Below are positions 1-9,209 of a stretch of DNA of 64,000 nt, one piece after another (position 1 is the first letter of the stretch; each line of letters opens with the position of its first letter). This DNA comes from a virus. Its lineage: Duplodnaviria > Caudoviricetes. Position numbers and translations under genes: made by a program. The notes below the pieces were generated by a model. It was given only the letters and a program-made list of their open reading frames with translations. It was not told where the DNA came from and made no database searches. Where the stretch lies: the IMG/VR virus record IMGVR_UViG_3300049794_000047. The stretch is one strand, 5' to 3'.

Positions 1-54
1 AAAAGGAGTAGACCGCGGCTCGGATCGTGTCTGCGGTGAGTTCCTTGCCCATGG

Positions 55-407
55 CTACATGTTCTCCTTGTCGTTGAGGTCGATCCCAAGGTTGCCTGTT
101 CCGTTGACCTTGAGCGTGCGGAGTGCGGAGTCGGACAGGCTTGGTGAGTTCACTGGCGCGGATCCCGGCTCTGGCCTTTGGTGACCACGAGATCCTCCGC
201 GGAGTTGATGACATCGGCGCAGTGCTGGCGGGCCTCTTTGGGCGTCAAACCAGAAAATGCGATCTCGTTCCCGTCGTCGTCGACGATGTCATCGGTCAGC
301 GCCCGGTTGCACAGGTCGACCGTGGTCCAGTCGGCCGGCCTAAGACCCAGAGCGGCGATGCGGACCTGGCGGATCTGATGATCTGAGATCGTATCTGCAG
401 TCAGCAT
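55..407 (-). pseudogene. Frameshifted gene: TADTISDxQI-type N-terminal domain plus a C-terminal module shared with the FHA protein at 51506
   Basis: ORF 150..407 stops early. Correcting a +1 shift near 170 and a 7-bp duplication (CTCCGCA x2, about 116-130) gives DLVVTKG..GIRASELTKPVRLRTLKVNGTGNLGIDLNDKENM*, similar to DLHVTDGAIGIRTSQIAKPVHLRTLTVSGKGNVGIDLDDGDAK. Confidence 0.6.
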
Positions 408-421
408 GATGACCTTTTACT

Positions 422-488
422 ACAAAATACGGGCCAAGAAAAGCGGGTGGTAAGACTGCAATATCCTTCCGTAGGTAGCAGGCTACTC
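422..488 (-). promoter_or_regulatory. Degenerate sigma54 promoter module
   Basis: Minus strand: GAGT-N8-ACCT, 37-nt gap containing CTTAC, GG-N10-GT, ATG (407) 14 nt later. Confidence 0.55.
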
Positions 489-601
489 GTGTCGGAACAC
501 GGAGCCGTGACGTCACACGCCACAACGCCGGCTCCGCGTTCCCCGTGGAGTGACTGGTGGTGCGGGGGTTATCGAGCTTGCAAGCTTCGCCTCGTGGCGC
601 C

Positions 602-1141
602 TCACCAATGTCCCTCGATTTGCGGGCCAAGGGCGGGCGCGGTTAGCGAGCAATCGGAGGCGTGCAAGCCATCGCCGAATGTCTTCCGCGCACAGCACTC
701 GACGACCGGATGGCTCCGCTTTTGCCATGTCCCACCAGAGAAGACGCGGCATCGACACCCGGTGTAACCCGGCCGGTAGCAACCCTCGTCAGTCGCAATG
801 ACACGTGACGGCTTGCCTGTTACACCAAAGGTCATCCCCTCAGTACGAATGCCAACTGTCTCTACCCACGCAGAGAAGCAGCCGGGCACCTGCTTCTCCA
901 CGAAGCACCACTCCTCCGGCGGATTCCAAGGCTCTCCGCGCGTGAGCCCCTTGCGAGTCACGAAGTCTCCTTGCGGAACACCAAGTCCGCGGCCACGTGA
1001 GCGTACTTCGAAACGTAGTCGCTGTTCATCGGGCAAGAGCGAATCCGAGAATTGTCGCCATGGCATCCGACGCGCGCGCTCCGCAAGCTTTGACCTCAGT
1101 TCGTCGCCGGTCAGCTTCGTCTTGGCTTTCTTTTTCGTCAT
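602..1141 (-). CDS. Hypothetical protein
   Basis: GGAGG SD before the ATG and a TATGAT -10 box upstream; no family recognised. Confidence 0.4.
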   Translation of the reverse strand: MTKKKAKTKLTGDELRSKLAERARRMPWRQFSDSLLPDEQRLRFEVRSRGRGLGVPQGDFVTRKGLTRGEPWNPPEEWCFVEKQVPGCFSAWVETVGIRTEGMTFGVTGKPSRVIATDEGCYRPGYTGCRCRVFSGGTWQKRSHPVVECCARKTFGDGLHASDCSLTAPALGPQIEGHW

Positions 1142-1176
1142 CAGGCTTGCCTCCGCCTGAGCGTATCATAGAGCGT

Positions 1177-1210
1177 ACGAAACTGAGGCAACGACTTGAT
1201 TTCGTTACCT
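1177..1210. promoter_or_regulatory. Inverted repeat ACGAAA-N17-TTTCGT (operator-like, family of 3)
   Basis: Related sites at 18335-18372 and 31811-31845. Confidence 0.5.
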
Positions 1211-1214
1211 TGCT

Positions 1215-1511
1215 TTACTCGACGCCCGTCTCCTCGTCCACGAAGTCGTCCGGCGGGTGGCCGCAGTGGGGGCACACCCGCGGCGAGAGCCACTGGCCGG
1301 CGAGCAACTCGTCCATGGTCACGCCCGCGAGCCGCGCCACCCGCAGCGCGAGCGCTGGCGTCACCGCACGCTTCCCGGTCGCCACCTTCTGGATCGAGTC
1401 CCACTCGTACCGGAGGGCCTTCGCCAGCGGACCCCAGGCACCGACGCGCAGCCGCAGGAAGCGAAGCGCCGTGCGCACGGCCTTCTGCTCCTTGGTGGTC
1501 AGGTCGTTCAC
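1215..1511 (-). CDS. XRE-like HTH regulator with C-terminal CPHCG knuckle
   Basis: LAKALRYEWDSIQKVATGKRAVTPALALRVARLAGVTMDELL is an XRE pattern; GTG overlaps the upstream TGA. Confidence 0.7.
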   Translation of the reverse strand: MNDLTTKEQKAVRTALRFLRLRVGAWGPLAKALRYEWDSIQKVATGKRAVTPALALRVARLAGVTMDELLAGQWLSPRVCPHCGHPPDDFVDEETGVE

Positions 1512-1610
1512 GACGCGCCCCCTGCCGGCACGAGCGCATCTGGCCAGGACGTCGGCGCCAACCCCGCAGTGAAGATCGCCTTCACGACGCAGCACAGGTT
1601 GTGGGCGACG
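1508..1610 (-). pseudogene. Possible C-terminal remnant of a DDE (IS4/IS5-like) transposase
   Basis: VAHNLCCVVKAIFTAGLAPTSW resembles the HNLCC..I...G..P.FW tail recalled from some DDE transposases; no catalytic core is present. Confidence 0.35.
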
Positions 1611-1642
1611 CACGAGGTTCCGAACGTCAATGCCGAGGCTAA

Positions 1643-1728
1643 GGGGCTGGAACGAAATAACCTGGTCATTTCTGGTGGATCTTCGTCGGGGAATCGTTCA
1701 AATGACCAAGTTAATAAAGTCCAGCCCC
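1643..1728 (+). mobile_element. 86-bp MITE copy 1 (core type A)
   Basis: GGGGCTGG...CCAGCCCC, 29-bp imperfect TIRs, TAA on both sides. Confidence 0.92.
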
Positions 1729-1881
1729 TAAGCGCCGGCTGCGCCACGCTGCGGCGACGCTTTGAGACGTTCGTCGTACGCGCCGACGGTTCTGATCCAA
1801 ACAATCACGATGGGATATCTACAAAACAGGTCGATCGGAAGAAAGTTCCCGGGAAGGACGATCTATCGGACTGAAAAACCG

Positions 1882-1910
1882 TTGGCCCTTGGTAAAACAG
1901 GCGTTATACT
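1882..1910 (+). promoter_or_regulatory. Sigma70-type promoter, probably leaderless
   Basis: TTGGCC-N17-TATACT with GTG at 1918. Confidence 0.55.
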
Positions 1911-1917
1911 GTCCGCC

Positions 1918-2174
1918 GTGTCTTCCTTGCATCTAGTAGCTGTAAAGCTCACAAAGAGACAACTAAGCGCGCTTGACGATGAAGTCAAGAGGCAGCGAAG
2001 AGACACCTTCAAAACAAGCGCCTCGCGCTCGAGCGTGCTTCGCGAGGCCCTCGAAAAAATGGTGAAGCGTGCCCAGGCTAAGGGGCTGGACTTTATTAAC
2101 TTGGTCATTTGAACGATTCCCCGACGAAGATCCACCAGAAATGACCAGGTTATTTCGTTCCAGCCCCTAAGTAG
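1918..2174 (+). CDS. Ribbon-helix-helix (CopG-like) regulator; last codon hit by MITE
   Basis: VAVKLTKRQLSALD..SRSSVLREALE RHH pattern; the empty site reads ..RAQAK-TAG. Confidence 0.65.
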
Positions 2175-2445
2175 TTTTTTCGGAATTGTGATCTACATGT
2201 ATTTCAAGGATCATGGACCTCCACATTTTCATGCAGTTTTTAACGGGCACGAAGCTGAAATCAGTATCCGCACGATGAAGGTGCTGGCAGGCTCACTTCC
2301 CCGCCAACAGCTTGCTTTCGTAATTACGTGGGCCAGCCTGTATCAGGCAGAGTTGTTCAGGGCTTGGGAAGCTGCTTCAGCGCATAAGGATCCCGCGAAA
2401 ATCCCGCCGCTTGCCAAGCAGTCACGGCAGAAAGCAAAGAAATAA
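2069..2445 (+). pseudogene. DUF4160 family protein interrupted by MITE at codon 4
   Basis: Empty-site reconstruction gives MPRLSSFFGIVIYMYFKDHGPPHFHA, the typical DUF4160 N-terminus. Confidence 0.85.
2082..2167 (-). mobile_element. 86-bp MITE copy 2 (type A)
   Basis: TIRs plus TAA duplication. Confidence 0.92.
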
Positions 2446-2753
2446 TGCGGGTAATTTCAGCCCGTGTTCAAGGTCAAAGCGTGATCCTTTGCCTTGCCGA
2501 TGGTTCCTGCATCGAGCGCGATTTTTCCTTCGTGCGGGGGGGCGCGCTCGATAGTATCCACGGCAAAGACGGTCTTGATCGGCGCGTGCGCATTGCACAC
2601 AATGCGCTCGTGTGGCCTGGCGAAATCGATTTTGGTCTTGACACAGTTGTATGGGGGTTTCCACGGGGGCGACGGCGACGCCCCCTCAGACATGCAATGA
2701 TCGGAGCACAAGGATCGCTAATCCCCTCACCTCTTGTGCGCGAGTTGAGATAA
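2445..2753 (+). CDS. DUF2442-like protein (partner of DUF4160)
   Basis: RVISARV..LCLADG..LVWPGEIDF pattern; directly follows the DUF4160 gene (TAATG overlap). Confidence 0.7.
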   Translation: MRVISARVQGQSVILCLADGSCIERDFSFVRGGALDSIHGKDGLDRRVRIAHNALVWPGEIDFGLDTVVWGFPRGRRRRPLRHAMIGAQGSLIPSPLVRELR

Positions 2754-2884
2754 ATTATGAGAGGCCAAGTCAGGGGGCCATGAAAAAGCCTCGCGCGCCG
2801 TCACAAGCAAGGCGAAAGTTCACCGCACCACGGACCGCCGATCGCTGCACCGCGAACGTCGTGCTCCGCGACGGATCTGGCGCC

Positions 2885-2969
2885 GGGCTGGAACGAAATA
2901 ACCTGGTCATTTCGGGTGGATCTTCGTCCGAAAATCGGGCAAATGACCAAGTTAATAAAGTCCAGCCCC
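2885..2969 (+). mobile_element. MITE copy 3 (type B); left end lacks the first G and the TSD
   Basis: CGCC|GGGCTGG on the left, CCAGCCCC-TAA on the right; truncates the ORF starting at 2780. Confidence 0.9.
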
Positions 2970-2975
2970 TAACGC

Positions 2976-3004
2976 TTGACGAATCGTTAAACGATTGCTA
3001 GGTT
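2976..3004 (+). promoter_or_regulatory. Leaderless sigma70 promoter with palindromic operator
   Basis: TTGACG-AATCGTTAAACGATTGC-TAGGTT (17-nt spacer), ATG at 3012. Confidence 0.8.
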
Positions 3005-3011
3005 GAGGGAC

Positions 3012-3407
3012 ATGACGATCCACTGCCCCGACCCGCAGTCCAATCCGCCCGACCTCATCGTCCGGTCCGGCCGCGAGAGCCTACCGCTGGAGGATCGTAT
3101 CGCGCTGATGGAGGCTAACTGCGTCCAACTCGAGGCCGACGCCGGACGCAACCCGAACTGGCGCGGCGCTGCGTGCGGCATCTTGTTCTCCGAGTGGGAT
3201 CGCCAAGACCACACCGATCACGGCTCGAAGGCCCACGCGTTCAACAGCATGCTCGGGCGCCTCCGTGGCCTGACCCAGACCTACCGCAAGGAGATCGGCA
3301 TCCGCGAGGGCTGGCTGTCGCGTTACGAGTGCGAGATCCTGGCGTGGCGCCGCGGTGGTTTCTTCGAGTGGCGTCAGATCAGGCACGAGGCCGACCAGCG
3401 CCCATGA
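3012..3407 (+). CDS. Hypothetical protein
   Basis: Follows the promoter; ATGA overlap with the next gene; its 5' part is duplicated at 9437. Confidence 0.65.
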   Translation: MTIHCPDPQSNPPDLIVRSGRESLPLEDRIALMEANCVQLEADAGRNPNWRGAACGILFSEWDRQDHTDHGSKAHAFNSMLGRLRGLTQTYRKEIGIREGWLSRYECEILAWRRGGFFEWRQIRHEADQRP

Positions 3408-3586
3408 GCCGCGCATCCCGGACCGGCGAGCCCGGCAAGCTGGTCGGCGTCCGCGCCGCCCCAGCCGAGCGCGATCAGTGGGAGCGTGCCGCGAAGCAGG
3501 CCGGCCACCCAACGCTCAGCGCCGCGGTCGTCAAGGTCATGAACGCGTGGGCCCGGCGGGTCCTGCAAGGAGGCAAAGGTCGATGA
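3404..3586 (+). CDS. Small RHH-like DNA-binding protein (copy 1)
   Basis: LVGVRAAPAERDQWERAAKQAG..TLSAAV; near-identical copy at 11442. Confidence 0.7.
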   Translation: MSRASRTGEPGKLVGVRAAPAERDQWERAAKQAGHPTLSAAVVKVMNAWARRVLQGGKGR

Positions 3587-3672
3587 GCTGGCGCGACGCT
3601 GCCGTTGACCAGCCCTGGGCGTAGACCATAGCTTCCTGAGGCCGCGGTGATGCGGGCAAGAAAGGAGCCGCC

Positions 3673-4059
3673 ATGAGCGACAGGAGATTGCAGATGATCA
3701 AGATCGATATCCCGCTAGATCTCGCCGGGTCGGTCGCTGCGGCGATCTACTCGCACGCCGACATGTACCGCCGCGACAAGGGCCACAGCCCAGAAGACAT
3801 CGCGCTGATCTGTGCAGACGCCGATCGGATGGAGGTGATCGCGGAGGAGCTCGACACACGAGCCGGTCGTATGGAGGATGATCGACGGAGCGCGGGCCAC
3901 TCTGATGCGGGCCCGGGGTGGGCTGTGAGTGCCACGTGCCCGAGGTGCGGCGCGCTTCACGACATGTCGCCAGGGTGGTGCTTGTGGTGCGCGTGGGGAT
4001 GGGGCCGGAACCCGAGCCTGCCATCTCCCCCGCGTCTACCCAAGCCGGATCCTCTTTGA
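3673..4059 (+). CDS. Hypothetical protein with C-terminal CxxC..CxxC
   Basis: AAGGAG SD; ORF track. Confidence 0.55.
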   Translation: MSDRRLQMIKIDIPLDLAGSVAAAIYSHADMYRRDKGHSPEDIALICADADRMEVIAEELDTRAGRMEDDRRSAGHSDAGPGWAVSATCPRCGALHDMSPGWCLWCAWGWGRNPSLPSPPRLPKPDPL

Positions 4060-4220
4060 CGTTGTCAGCGTTGCCCGCGTTGTGAAACCGTAGCGATGTT
4101 AACAGCATAGCACTAGTTTCCGAAGAACATCGTAGAGGATCCGGTGCCGGTTACCGACGGAGCGCACCGCGTCAAACCGAGGCGTATCCCGTCTGTCTAC
4201 ACAAAGTGAAGGAACCGAAA

Positions 4221-4856
4221 ATGCCAGCAAAGCCCCGCTTCAAGAAGCGACCCGTGCCCGCCCCGATCGAGACGCCGACCGGTAGTCTCCGCGTCTGGTG
4301 GATCCCACAGGTCCCCGGCCAGCCGTTCCGCGTGCCGGTTGCTGACATCTCGCAGGCCAAGTTCCTGCTGACGACGCTCGCCAATTACGACCTGTTCCAG
4401 TTCGAGCAGCGAATCAAGGGCGACTACGCGAACATCGGCGGTTTGGAGGTGTTCGAGGACGGCGAGTGGTTCGAGTGGAACAACGAAGACGGCGAGGATA
4501 GCGTAGCCATGGGCGTAGAGCACAGCGCGTTCGTCGCCTACGGGGCCAAGGTCACCCTGAAGGATGACGCGTCAATCGATGACCTCGATCAGTGGATGAG
4601 CAAGACCGGGAAGGAGTTCGGCTTGGGCTACGTCGAGTGGGGGGCTCTCAGCTACGGTGGCGACGGTGGCTTCGTGGTCGGCGATCGCCGGTTCATGAGG
4701 ACGCACGACTTCGGCGACGCCGGGGTCGGTTCGCTGTCGGTGACCAGCCCGCCGACCGATACCGAGAGCCGGCTCGCGCAGGCCATGGAGCGCGGTGCGC
4801 CGTTCAGGCTCGACGGCGATGGCGTCCGGTGGTGGGTCGGAGGTTGCACGTGGTGA
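4221..4856 (+). CDS. Phage protein of the LRVWWIPQVP family (often annotated superinfection exclusion / P22 gp17-like), fused to a second gene
   Basis: LRVWWIPQVP..LLTTLANYDLFQFE..DYANIGGLEVF..EW; an internal TAG-CC-ATG at 4504-4511 suggests two ancestral genes. Confidence 0.6.
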   Translation: MPAKPRFKKRPVPAPIETPTGSLRVWWIPQVPGQPFRVPVADISQAKFLLTTLANYDLFQFEQRIKGDYANIGGLEVFEDGEWFEWNNEDGEDSVAMGVEHSAFVAYGAKVTLKDDASIDDLDQWMSKTGKEFGLGYVEWGALSYGGDGGFVVGDRRFMRTHDFGDAGVGSLSVTSPPTDTESRLAQAMERGAPFRLDGDGVRWWVGGCTW

Positions 4857-5669
4857 CCACCAACCACGACCCTGGAGACGAGGACCGCTCGGTCGTCACC
4901 TACTGCTCGAACTGCGGCGACCCGTTCGACATGCCACCGGCCGACGATCCGACATTCGCTGCGACGTTCCGCCGCTGGAGACCCTGTCCGAACCCCTCGC
5001 CGGGCCGCCCGTTGGTCGACTGCGGCGTGGGCGGTCACATGTACGAGGAGAGGGTGCCGAGATGCAGTTGAAGGAAGGAACGAAGACATGAGCGACGAGA
5101 ACAATAGGGGACCATTCGTGCTGGCGCTGACACTCGAATGTCAGGCAACAGAGAAGCAGCGCAAGCGAAACTTCGCGCTCTACCAGCGGCTCAAGGACGG
5201 CGACCCGACGGCGCGCGGCAATGGCGTTGGGCTCTCTGCGTTCTCGTACGACGTTCCGATCGAACGTCTGAACATCGGGCCCGATGGTAAGTCGTTTTCG
5301 TTCAGGCTCAGCGGGCGGCGGTCAGTGCCGGGCCTGACATCCGACCGTCCGCGCATCGACGATGATCGGCTGCTGGCCCGAGGTGCAGAAGATCCTCGAC
5401 TCCAGGACGCCATCCGACTGCACGCTGCGCTCCGGCCTCTGCCAGGTGCCGTCGTAGTCCGGATCGCCGATCGGCGTTGGCCAGCACTCGAAGTGGCCCG
5501 AGCGGCGGATCCCGGTGCGCAGGTCGTACCCTACAGGACAGCTCGCGGTCACCGGCGGATCGCGAAACTGAGGGCGAGGAGTAGGAGGCCGACGAGCCAG
5601 TAGAGCATGCCGCCGAGCGTTGCTGCGATGACGCGAGAGGTCGAAATGCCGAGCGTTGACGTTTCCGTG

Positions 5670-5698
5670 TTGACAAACAAGCAGGCTGGTACTACTCT
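5670..5698 (+). promoter_or_regulatory. Leaderless sigma70 promoter
   Basis: TTGACA-N17-TACTCT, ATG at 5705. Confidence 0.7.
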
Positions 5699-5704
5699 GT
5701 TCTC

Positions 5705-5902
5705 ATGACGAACACGAACCGCATCCCGAACGGAACCACGGTACAGCTCGACGACGGCACGACGGCCTTCGCCTACGCCGACGTCGACGGCACCTACCGC
5801 ACCGCCCAGCGCAACCCCGTCACCGGCGGAACCCGGGTTGATCTGGGCTGGCGCCGCGAGCAGCTCCGGGCCCTGCCCGGGTACCCGACCCCGCAGCTGT
5901 AG
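5705..5902 (+). CDS. Hypothetical protein
   Basis: Directly after the promoter. Confidence 0.55.
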   Translation: MTNTNRIPNGTTVQLDDGTTAFAYADVDGTYRTAQRNPVTGGTRVDLGWRREQLRALPGYPTPQL

Positions 5903-5995
5903 AGGTTCACGTCCGCATCACCACCGCGTTCCATCAGGCCGAGCTCGCCGATCTGCGGCAGGCGTACATGGCCGAGCGCGTCGCATAGTGATCTC

Positions 5996-6181
5996 ATGAT
6001 CAAGGCAACCATCGAGCACACCCTGACGGAACTCAGCGCACGCAACGATCTGAGCGTCGCGGAGCGAAACCTGATGCGCGACTGCGAGATCGCCCTTGGG
6101 ATGACCGACGCCAAGCCGCAGACCGTCGCCGCGGCGTGGAAGCGCTGCAAGCGCGTCGTGCTGAACGACATCCGTGGCTAA
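5996..6181 (+). CDS. Hypothetical protein
   Basis: ORF track; overlaps the next start. Confidence 0.5.
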   Translation: MIKATIEHTLTELSARNDLSVAERNLMRDCEIALGMTDAKPQTVAAAWKRCKRVVLNDIRG

Positions 6182-6488
6182 GCCGCCCATGACTCGCCTC
6201 ACCCTCCTCGAAGCCGCCTCCGCCTCTGGCCTCAGCTACCGCCAGGTCTACCGCCGGGTCGTGCAGCAGTCCGTGGTGCCCAGCGAGCGCGAGGGCCAGA
6301 GCTACACGATCGCCGCAGCGGACGTCGCGCTGCTGGTGCCGCGGGCGCCTGCGAAGGATCCCAGGCCGGGGATCACGCTGCGTCCGTCGGTAGAGCAGGC
6401 GCGGGCGTGGAAGCGCGCCGCGGGGCGCAGGACGATGAGCGGGTGGCTGTTGGCGCTGGCCAACGCGGCGTCAGGGTGGGATGGGTAG
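6174..6488 (+). CDS. Excisionase-like HTH fused to an RHH-like domain
   Basis: LTLLEAASASGLSYRQVYRRV, then ITLRPSVEQARAWKRAAG..MSGWLLALAN. Confidence 0.6.
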   Translation: MAKPPMTRLTLLEAASASGLSYRQVYRRVVQQSVVPSEREGQSYTIAAADVALLVPRAPAKDPRPGITLRPSVEQARAWKRAAGRRTMSGWLLALANAASGWDG

Positions 6489-7037
6489 CCGGACCGCGCG
6501 TGAGCGGCGCCGTCACCACCGCGTGCCATCCGGTCGCCGCGTCGTGTGCTTGGCCAGCCAAATACCGAGCATCACAAAGCCGATCGGCATCAGCATCGAC
6601 GTCGCGGCCCAGAGCCAAGCGAGCACGCCGCTTGACCAGGAGAGCCGCCGGAGCGGACGTCGCCGATCGCTGCCCCGACTGCGATCTCCCGTTGGCCACA
6701 GCGGCCGACTACGCTGCGATCCCAGAGGGCCAAGGCGGTCACCTCTGCTGGCGCGCGTGGAACGTGGACATCTGCATGCACCCACCCGTCGACTGGCGAG
6801 CGCGGGCGCTGAAGGCGGAGGCGGATGCCGACCGGCAGCGTCAGGCTGACCGGGAGCGGATCACCGCGGCCGACGCGGTCCGTGCATTGCTCGACGCACT
6901 GGCGCATCCCGATGGCCGGTGCGTTCGCAAGGCTTGGGACGACGTCGTGTTGCTGTACGGCCGGTTCGGCAGTTCGGCAGCGTCATGAAGCGGTCCGCGT
7001 TCGAGGCGTATCTGGATGACCTCGCCGGAGTGGCCCG

Positions 7038-7331
7038 ATGACCACCCCGCTCCACATCGGGTTTACGGGGACCCGCGGTGGCATGTCGCTGTCGCAGTTC
7101 ACCGCCGTCGAAACCCTGCTTCGTCAGCACCGGGCCGCGAGCAGCATCATCGGCCATCACGGCTGCTGCGTAGGGGCCGACGCCGAGTTCCATCGACTGC
7201 TCCGTCGAATCGACGCATTCATCGTCGGACACCCGGGACAGAGCTGGCCCAACGGTCCGCTCCGAGTCACTTTGGCCCGGCGAGAGCGACGTGGACGTGT
7301 TGCTTGCGAGCGAGCGCTGTCGCTTCCGTGA
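7038..7331 (+). pseudogene. Truncated SLOG-family (DprA/YspA-like) protein
   Basis: IGFTGTRGGM and HHGCCVGAD motifs; the C-terminal half is missing. Confidence 0.5.
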
Positions 7332-7435
7332 TCGCCTCTGTGATCTGAGACGCGTCGAGGAACTTCTTTCGTCGCGGGCCCGTCAAGCGTTCACCATCCG
7401 ACACAGTTCCTCCAGATGTTTGACTGCACAGGTAC

Positions 7436-7574
7436 CCAATTCCTGTTCCACAAGATCTCGGAGGCGCGCATAGCGCGCCTTTGACTTGCACAGCGACAAG
7501 TCTGCACCCGTTTCCACACTGTCGCGGAGCCGACAGGAAGCCGTGGTGCGCAAGATACGGGTAACGGAGTACCC
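7436..7574 (-). promoter_or_regulatory. Degenerate sigma54 promoter module
   Basis: Minus strand: GGGT-N8-ACCCGTATC, a second half-matching site 65 nt away, GG-N10-GG. Confidence 0.45.
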
Positions 7575-7725
7575 GGGGAGCAGCCCACGCGTTGCCTGGG
7601 TTCAAGTTGCAGGTATGGCTCACGAAGCTTCCTTCAGCGTGGATCGCCTCGTCCGTCCCTTTGGGGGGCAGTTCGGTCTCGCGGACGGATGCACTGCTCT
7701 TGAGGCTTGTTTGGCCTGCCAGTGT

Positions 7726-7757
7726 TTTTGTACAAAACCGTCGCCACATGGTACAAT
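7726..7757 (+). promoter_or_regulatory. TA promoter/operator
   Basis: Palindrome TTTTGTACAAAA and extended -10 TGGTACAAT; ATG at 7763. Confidence 0.6.
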
Positions 7758-7762
7758 GAAAC

Positions 7763-8212
7763 ATGCAGAAGATTGAGGTGTCAAGGCTGCGCGGCAACCT
7801 TCTCAGCGTGCTGACCGAGGTCTCGGCCAGAGGCCCGGTTGCGATCACGCGCCATGGCCGCGTGATCGCGACGCTGTCAGGGCCTCCTGAAGAAGAGTCC
7901 TCCACGAAGTTCGTGGTCGATCGTCGCCGTCTGCGCCGACTTTGTAGACAGCATCATATCCACCGCCTGGCCTTGTTCGGATCGATCCTGCGCGATGACT
8001 TCGGGCCAGACAGCGATATCGATGTTCTCGTCGATCCCGAACCTGGATGCCTACGGACGCTCATCGAGCGCGCAGCTGCAGAAGATGCACTGTCCAAACT
8101 GTTCGGGCGCCCGATCGACTTCGTCAAGCGCCATGTGATTGAAGCAAGTTCCAACGAGATTCGCAAGCGCGCGATCCTGAGCACGGCGCGGGTGATCTAT
8201 GAAGCCTCGTAG
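7763..8212 (+). CDS. Phd/YefM-like domain fused to a minimal nucleotidyltransferase (MntA-like antitoxin)
   Basis: N-terminal GPVAITRHGRVIATL; MNT motif LFGS..RDDF..DSDIDVLV and LFGRPIDFV. Confidence 0.85.
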   Translation: MQKIEVSRLRGNLLSVLTEVSARGPVAITRHGRVIATLSGPPEEESSTKFVVDRRRLRRLCRQHHIHRLALFGSILRDDFGPDSDIDVLVDPEPGCLRTLIERAAAEDALSKLFGRPIDFVKRHVIEASSNEIRKRAILSTARVIYEAS

Positions 8213-8630
8213 CGCTCTGACGGAGTTCGAGTGTGACGAGGCCCGACGACTCGACATGCTGCAGGCTGCAGACACGATCCGTGGTTATCTCCGCGCGGTC
8301 ACGCGGGCGAAGTTCACGGGGATGGTTCTCGACGCAGTGCTCCGGCAACTCGGGATCTTCGGAGAGGCCGCCGCAGGATTCTCTGGGGCTTCCCGTCGGC
8401 AATATCCAGACATCCCGTGGGGATCCGTCGTGCGCCAGCGTCAGTACGTGATCCACCAATACTTCGACGTCGACCTGGACGAGGTGTGGGACGCGGCAGC
8501 GCACACGGTGCCTGAATACGCGCGGATGCTGCGTGCAAGGTCGCTCAAACGGTCGTCGGCCCAGCTGGAAGCTGAGGTCGTGCTTGCTCTTAAAAACGCG
8601 AAGAAGAACAAACTCCGGTCGAAGAAGTAA
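8199..8630 (+). CDS. HEPN / DUF86 (HepT-like) RNase toxin
   Basis: DAVLRQLGIFGEAA, YPDIPW, RQYVIHQY (RX4HXY), FDVDLDEVW; downstream of MNT. Confidence 0.85.
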   Translation: MKPRSALTEFECDEARRLDMLQAADTIRGYLRAVTRAKFTGMVLDAVLRQLGIFGEAAAGFSGASRRQYPDIPWGSVVRQRQYVIHQYFDVDLDEVWDAAAHTVPEYARMLRARSLKRSSAQLEAEVVLALKNAKKNKLRSKK

Positions 8631-8991
8631 CCGTGGATTCTACCTGCGCGACGCGAGCGCTGCTCGCCTGCTCGTCCAGGTGTTCCACATGTTCGAGCAG
8701 CCGCGAAACAACGTGGGAGGCTTCCCGTTGGTCGGGGGCTTCACGAGCGACAGCGCTCGCGACACGGCGATGACCGATGCTTCGGACGCGGACGTCGCGT
8801 GGGTGCACCCGGGTCGCGACGGCGGTGGAACCGCGGCGAATCTCGCGCGGCGCTACTTCAAGAAGACCTGAGCCTTCACGAGCCATCCTCGCCGTAGGCT
8901 TCGAGCGCGCAGTGGTGACAGCAGGAGTGCATCGCCTCGTGATAGCCCCATCAGGTCGAACAACGCTCTGGACGCGATCACCGCGCAGCCT

Positions 8992-9195
8992 TCAAGCAGG
9001 TTGTCGCTTGGCTCCATGAAGTCGTTGGTCCGAGCAACGACACCGGCTTGGTTCCGACGCCTCGACTTCGAGACCGTACCGGCCGTTGCGCGCGGCAGCG
9101 GCGAGCCACCTAACGCGGCCGGTATTGAGAAGCGCCTCCACGAGGTTACCCTGGTCACCTGTCGTCACCACCACGAAAACTCGGCTGCTGTCCAC
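8992..9195 (-). CDS. Hypothetical protein after a sigma54 module
   Basis: GTG lies 14 nt downstream of the -12 GC of the module at 9210-9343. Confidence 0.4.
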   Translation of the reverse strand: MDSSRVFVVVTTGDQGNLVEALLNTGRVRWLAAAARNGRYGLEVEASEPSRCRCSDQRLHGAKRQPA

Positions 9196-9209
9196 GTCTT
9201 GAAAGTTGA

